Positions 63,364 through 64,000 of a DNA stretch of 64,000 nucleotides are shown piece after piece. Source of the stretch: a virus. Each line of letters starts with the position of its first letter. Position 1 is the first letter of the stretch. The DNA is taken from the IMG/VR virus record IMGVR_UViG_3300022700_000278, positions 32,001 to 96,000 of that record. The stretch is one strand, 5' to 3'. The notes under the pieces are model-generated. The model saw only the letters and a list, made by a program, of their open reading frames with translations, ran no database searches and was not told the DNA's origin. The position numbers and the translations under genes are program-made.

Positions 63364-64000
63364 AGGCTCTTTTTTCTTTCCTTTAAGAACTCTCTTCTTG
63401 CTTCTATATCTGCTAAAGCGGCTTCTTTGTCAACAGATTTCATATATCCCCATCTGGGAAATAGATCAAAGAACTCTCTGTCTTCATAGCCAGAGATTTT
63501 GTTCTTTCCAAATTTGCATCTTACTCTAGGCAAGAGTTCGTCGTTATATTCATGGACCATTCTAGATCCAGAAACTCCGTTGTCTTGTGTGTGAGCGTCG
63601 TTGTAAAGATGCAGTACGGCCGAGGCATCGTATTTAATTGCTCTGCTATCTGCAATGCTATCGTTTGACGGCATTGCATTGTCATATGATTTTCTATATT
63701 CAACGGTAGAAACGATGGTTGCTTTATATTCTGTAGTAAGATTCTTGATATAGTTTGATACTTTTTTGACTCGGTCAGACCCTTGTAAGTTGTCAAAGTC
63801 AGAAATTTTATGGAAGTTGTCTATAAAAAATACAATGTTTTTGTCTGGCATGTTCTCTCTATAATATCTTAAAATGTTTCTCATATAGGAGAGAGAACTG
63901 CCATCGCTTGCGTCTTTGAGCACTAATCTTTGTTCTCTTGCTAGCTTTACTACTTTTCTGTAGCCTTCGTCTCTGATTTTCAGCATCTTTTCTGCTTCTC
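63360..64000 (-). CDS. dnaB: DnaB-like (SF4) replicative helicase, C-terminal part; 5' end lies outside the window
   Basis: FFIDNFHKI (H2), IVSTVEYRK (H3), SIADSRAIKYDASAVLHLY (H4), KFGKNKISG; frame open to the window end. Confidence 0.82.
   Translation of the reverse strand, partial: EAEKMLKIRDEGYRKVVKLAREQRLVLKDASDGSSLSYMRNILRYYRENMPDKNIVFFIDNFHKISDFDNLQGSDRVKKVSNYIKNLTTEYKATIVSTVEYRKSYDNAMPSNDSIADSRAIKYDASAVLHLYNDAHTQDNGVSGSRMVHEYNDELLPRVRCKFGKNKISGYEDREFFDLFPRWGYMKSVDKEAALADIEARREFLKERKKSL

Larger units (their letters stand above)
1..64000. mobile_element. Segment of a large contractile-tailed bacteriophage genome (tail/baseplate arm on +; glycan-modification and replication arm on -)
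   Basis: Near-continuous coding with overlapping stop/start codons; gp25-like and baseplate J-like genes; many fibre-like genes; phage-type helicase and nucleases; no housekeeping genes, integrase or att site seen. Confidence 0.93.

Noticed and set aside
52694-63796. Short + strand ORFs opposite the - strand operon (for example 52694-53071, 59109-59417, 60563-60874)
   Set aside because: Antisense to well-supported genes; their Phe/Ser/Leu-rich composition is the mirror of Lys/Glu codons
1-64000. Stop-codon reassignment (TAG or TGA), as in some large phages
   Set aside because: Code 11 already gives near-complete coding density; TAG and TGA end genes whose neighbours start immediately in other frames (for example 5256, 17812, 63360)
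1-64000. tRNA, rRNA, intron or intein
   Set aside because: No gap large enough with cloverleaf or rRNA signatures; no intein termini or LAGLIDADG/HNH motifs noticed in the large ORFs (by eye only)

Overview
The window is a gene-dense segment of a large contractile-tailed (myovirus-like, probably jumbo) phage genome in the standard genetic code. No rRNA, tRNA or CRISPR array is visible. The + strand arm (1-51464) is a virion morphogenesis region: two tail-assembly-chaperone-like genes, two giant proteins at the tape-measure position, a 2055-aa hub-like protein with a possible cell-wall hydrolase domain, gp25-like and baseplate J-like wedge genes, about 30 kb of baseplate, fibre and tailspike genes, and a terminal ERI-1/KapD-like DEDDh exonuclease. 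The convergent - strand arm (51496-64000) carries a glycosylation/sulfation cluster (LegC-type aminotransferase, LbH acetyltransferase, two sulfotransferases, three GT9-like glycosyltransferases, two DUF4254-like proteins), a sigma-factor-like gene, three nuclease-fold genes and the 3' part of a DnaB-like helicase. Three signals stand out. (1) The 1493-aa protein at 5256-9737 carries, in order, beta-like and beta'-like catalytic motifs of two-barrel RNA polymerases (EE, GD..K..K, PVDVVV, RxP, DYDLD, AKH). It looks like a single-chain, probably virion-delivered RNA polymerase placed at the tape-measure locus. (2) Three tandem receptor-binding-like paralogues have GC-rich bodies grafted onto AT-richer leaders at a conserved motif, and a collapsed fourth copy follows them. 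(3) The phage encodes a sulfated amino-sugar glycosylation cassette. All functional calls come from motif recognition by eye, not from database searches.
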